Source: an uncultured Gemmatimonadales bacterium
GTDB lineage: Bacteria; Gemmatimonadota; Gemmatimonadetes; Gemmatimonadales; Gemmatimonadaceae
Length of the DNA: 64,000 bases
Direction: 5' to 3'
NCBI GenBank assembly: GCA_963850905.1
Contig: CAWKMU010000003.1
Location: 1,344,001 to 1,408,000 of the forward strand
A program made the translations under genes and the position numbers. Under the pieces are notes generated by a model that saw nothing but the letters and a program-made list of their open reading frames with translations, made no database searches and was not told the DNA's origin. Shown here piece by piece: positions 63,383 through 64,000 of this stretch. Position 1 is the first letter of the stretch. Each line of letters starts with the position of its first letter.

Positions 63383-64000
63383 TCACGGGACTTCCCGCAG
63401 CGACCGCAGCCCGCGGCGCAGCGTGAGTCGAGCATGGAAGAGGTCAGACCGAGCAGTCCCTTCGGGAATGCCGAGGAGCCGCCCGATCTCGCCATGCCGA
63501 AACCCCTGTACGTCATGCAGCACGATGACCGCACGCTGCCGGTCCGACAACAATTTCAAAGCCTCGGCCAGCCGCGACCGCAAATCCAATGTCTCGGCCG
63601 GATCGAATGCGCCGGTCGTCAGATTCTCCGGAAGCGCGTCAGCCTCGCGCACACGCCGGCGCCGGGTGAGATCGAGTGCCGCGTTGGCGACGATACGGTG
63701 CAGCCACGCGCCAAATGGTTGGCCCGTCACAAAGCGGTCGAGCGCGCGAAACGCGTGGAGAAAGCCTTCCTGGACCGCGTCCTCAGCGTCCTCGTGAGTC
63801 GAGACGATCGCACGGGCGACGCCATACGCACGACGTTGATGCGCGCGCACGAGGGCGCCGAACGCATCACGCTCGCCATGCTGCGCGGCAGCGATCAGTC
63901 GCCGCTCCTCGGCTTGCGCCAATTGCTCGGCCGCGGCTCCTGCATCCGACGCAGGAACCTGCGCGACCTCGCCGCGCACCGCTCGTCCGCGAACCATCCG
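63383..64000 (-). CDS. ECF RNA polymerase sigma factor (5' end at or beyond the window edge)
   Basis: DAEDAVQEGF, WLHRIVAN, EIGRLLGIPEGTARSDLFHAR. Confidence 0.9.
   Translation of the reverse strand, partial: RMVRGRAVRGEVAQVPASDAGAAAEQLAQAEERRLIAAAQHGERDAFGALVRAHQRRAYGVARAIVSTHEDAEDAVQEGFLHAFRALDRFVTGQPFGAWLHRIVANAALDLTRRRRVREADALPENLTTGAFDPAETLDLRSRLAEALKLLSDRQRAVIVLHDVQGFRHGEIGRLLGIPEGTARSDLFHARLTLRRGLRSLREVP

Overview
GC-rich bacterial chromosomal window, mostly housekeeping. Gene content and protein styles suggest Gemmatimonadota (inference). It contains no rRNA, tRNA, CRISPR, prophage or transposase that I can see. From left to right: (1) a tightly packed minus-strand cofactor run pqqC-pqqD-pqqE-hybrid histidine kinase-bioF-bioA-bioD-bioB-pdxH, preceded by an ECF sigma/zinc anti-sigma pair, with a divergent pqqA-terminator-pqqB arm (pqqA is a 24-aa peptide absent from the ORF track); (2) OsmC, a 2Fe-2S ferredoxin, a fused E1 2-oxoacid dehydrogenase, TerC, nadE, PBP1A and lon; (3) a Ser/Thr kinase, a pseudokinase and a DEAD helicase followed by a UGA-recoded SelW/Rdx selenoprotein with a SECIS-like hairpin; (4) a multi-PAS kinase, a pentose-phosphate operon (rpiB-pgi-HAD-gnd-zwf-pgl) and dacB; (5) a caa3-type cytochrome c oxidase operon, leuS, csbD, a transglutaminase-like protein, a ferritin-VIT1 fusion and a second ECF locus. 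Many intergenic gaps hold composite palindromic elements: tandem-heptamer inverted arms enclosing REP doublets, single REPs or terminator-like hairpins. About ten genes carry frameshifts, most simply explained as long-read sequencing errors. All calls come from reading the sequence; no searches were run.
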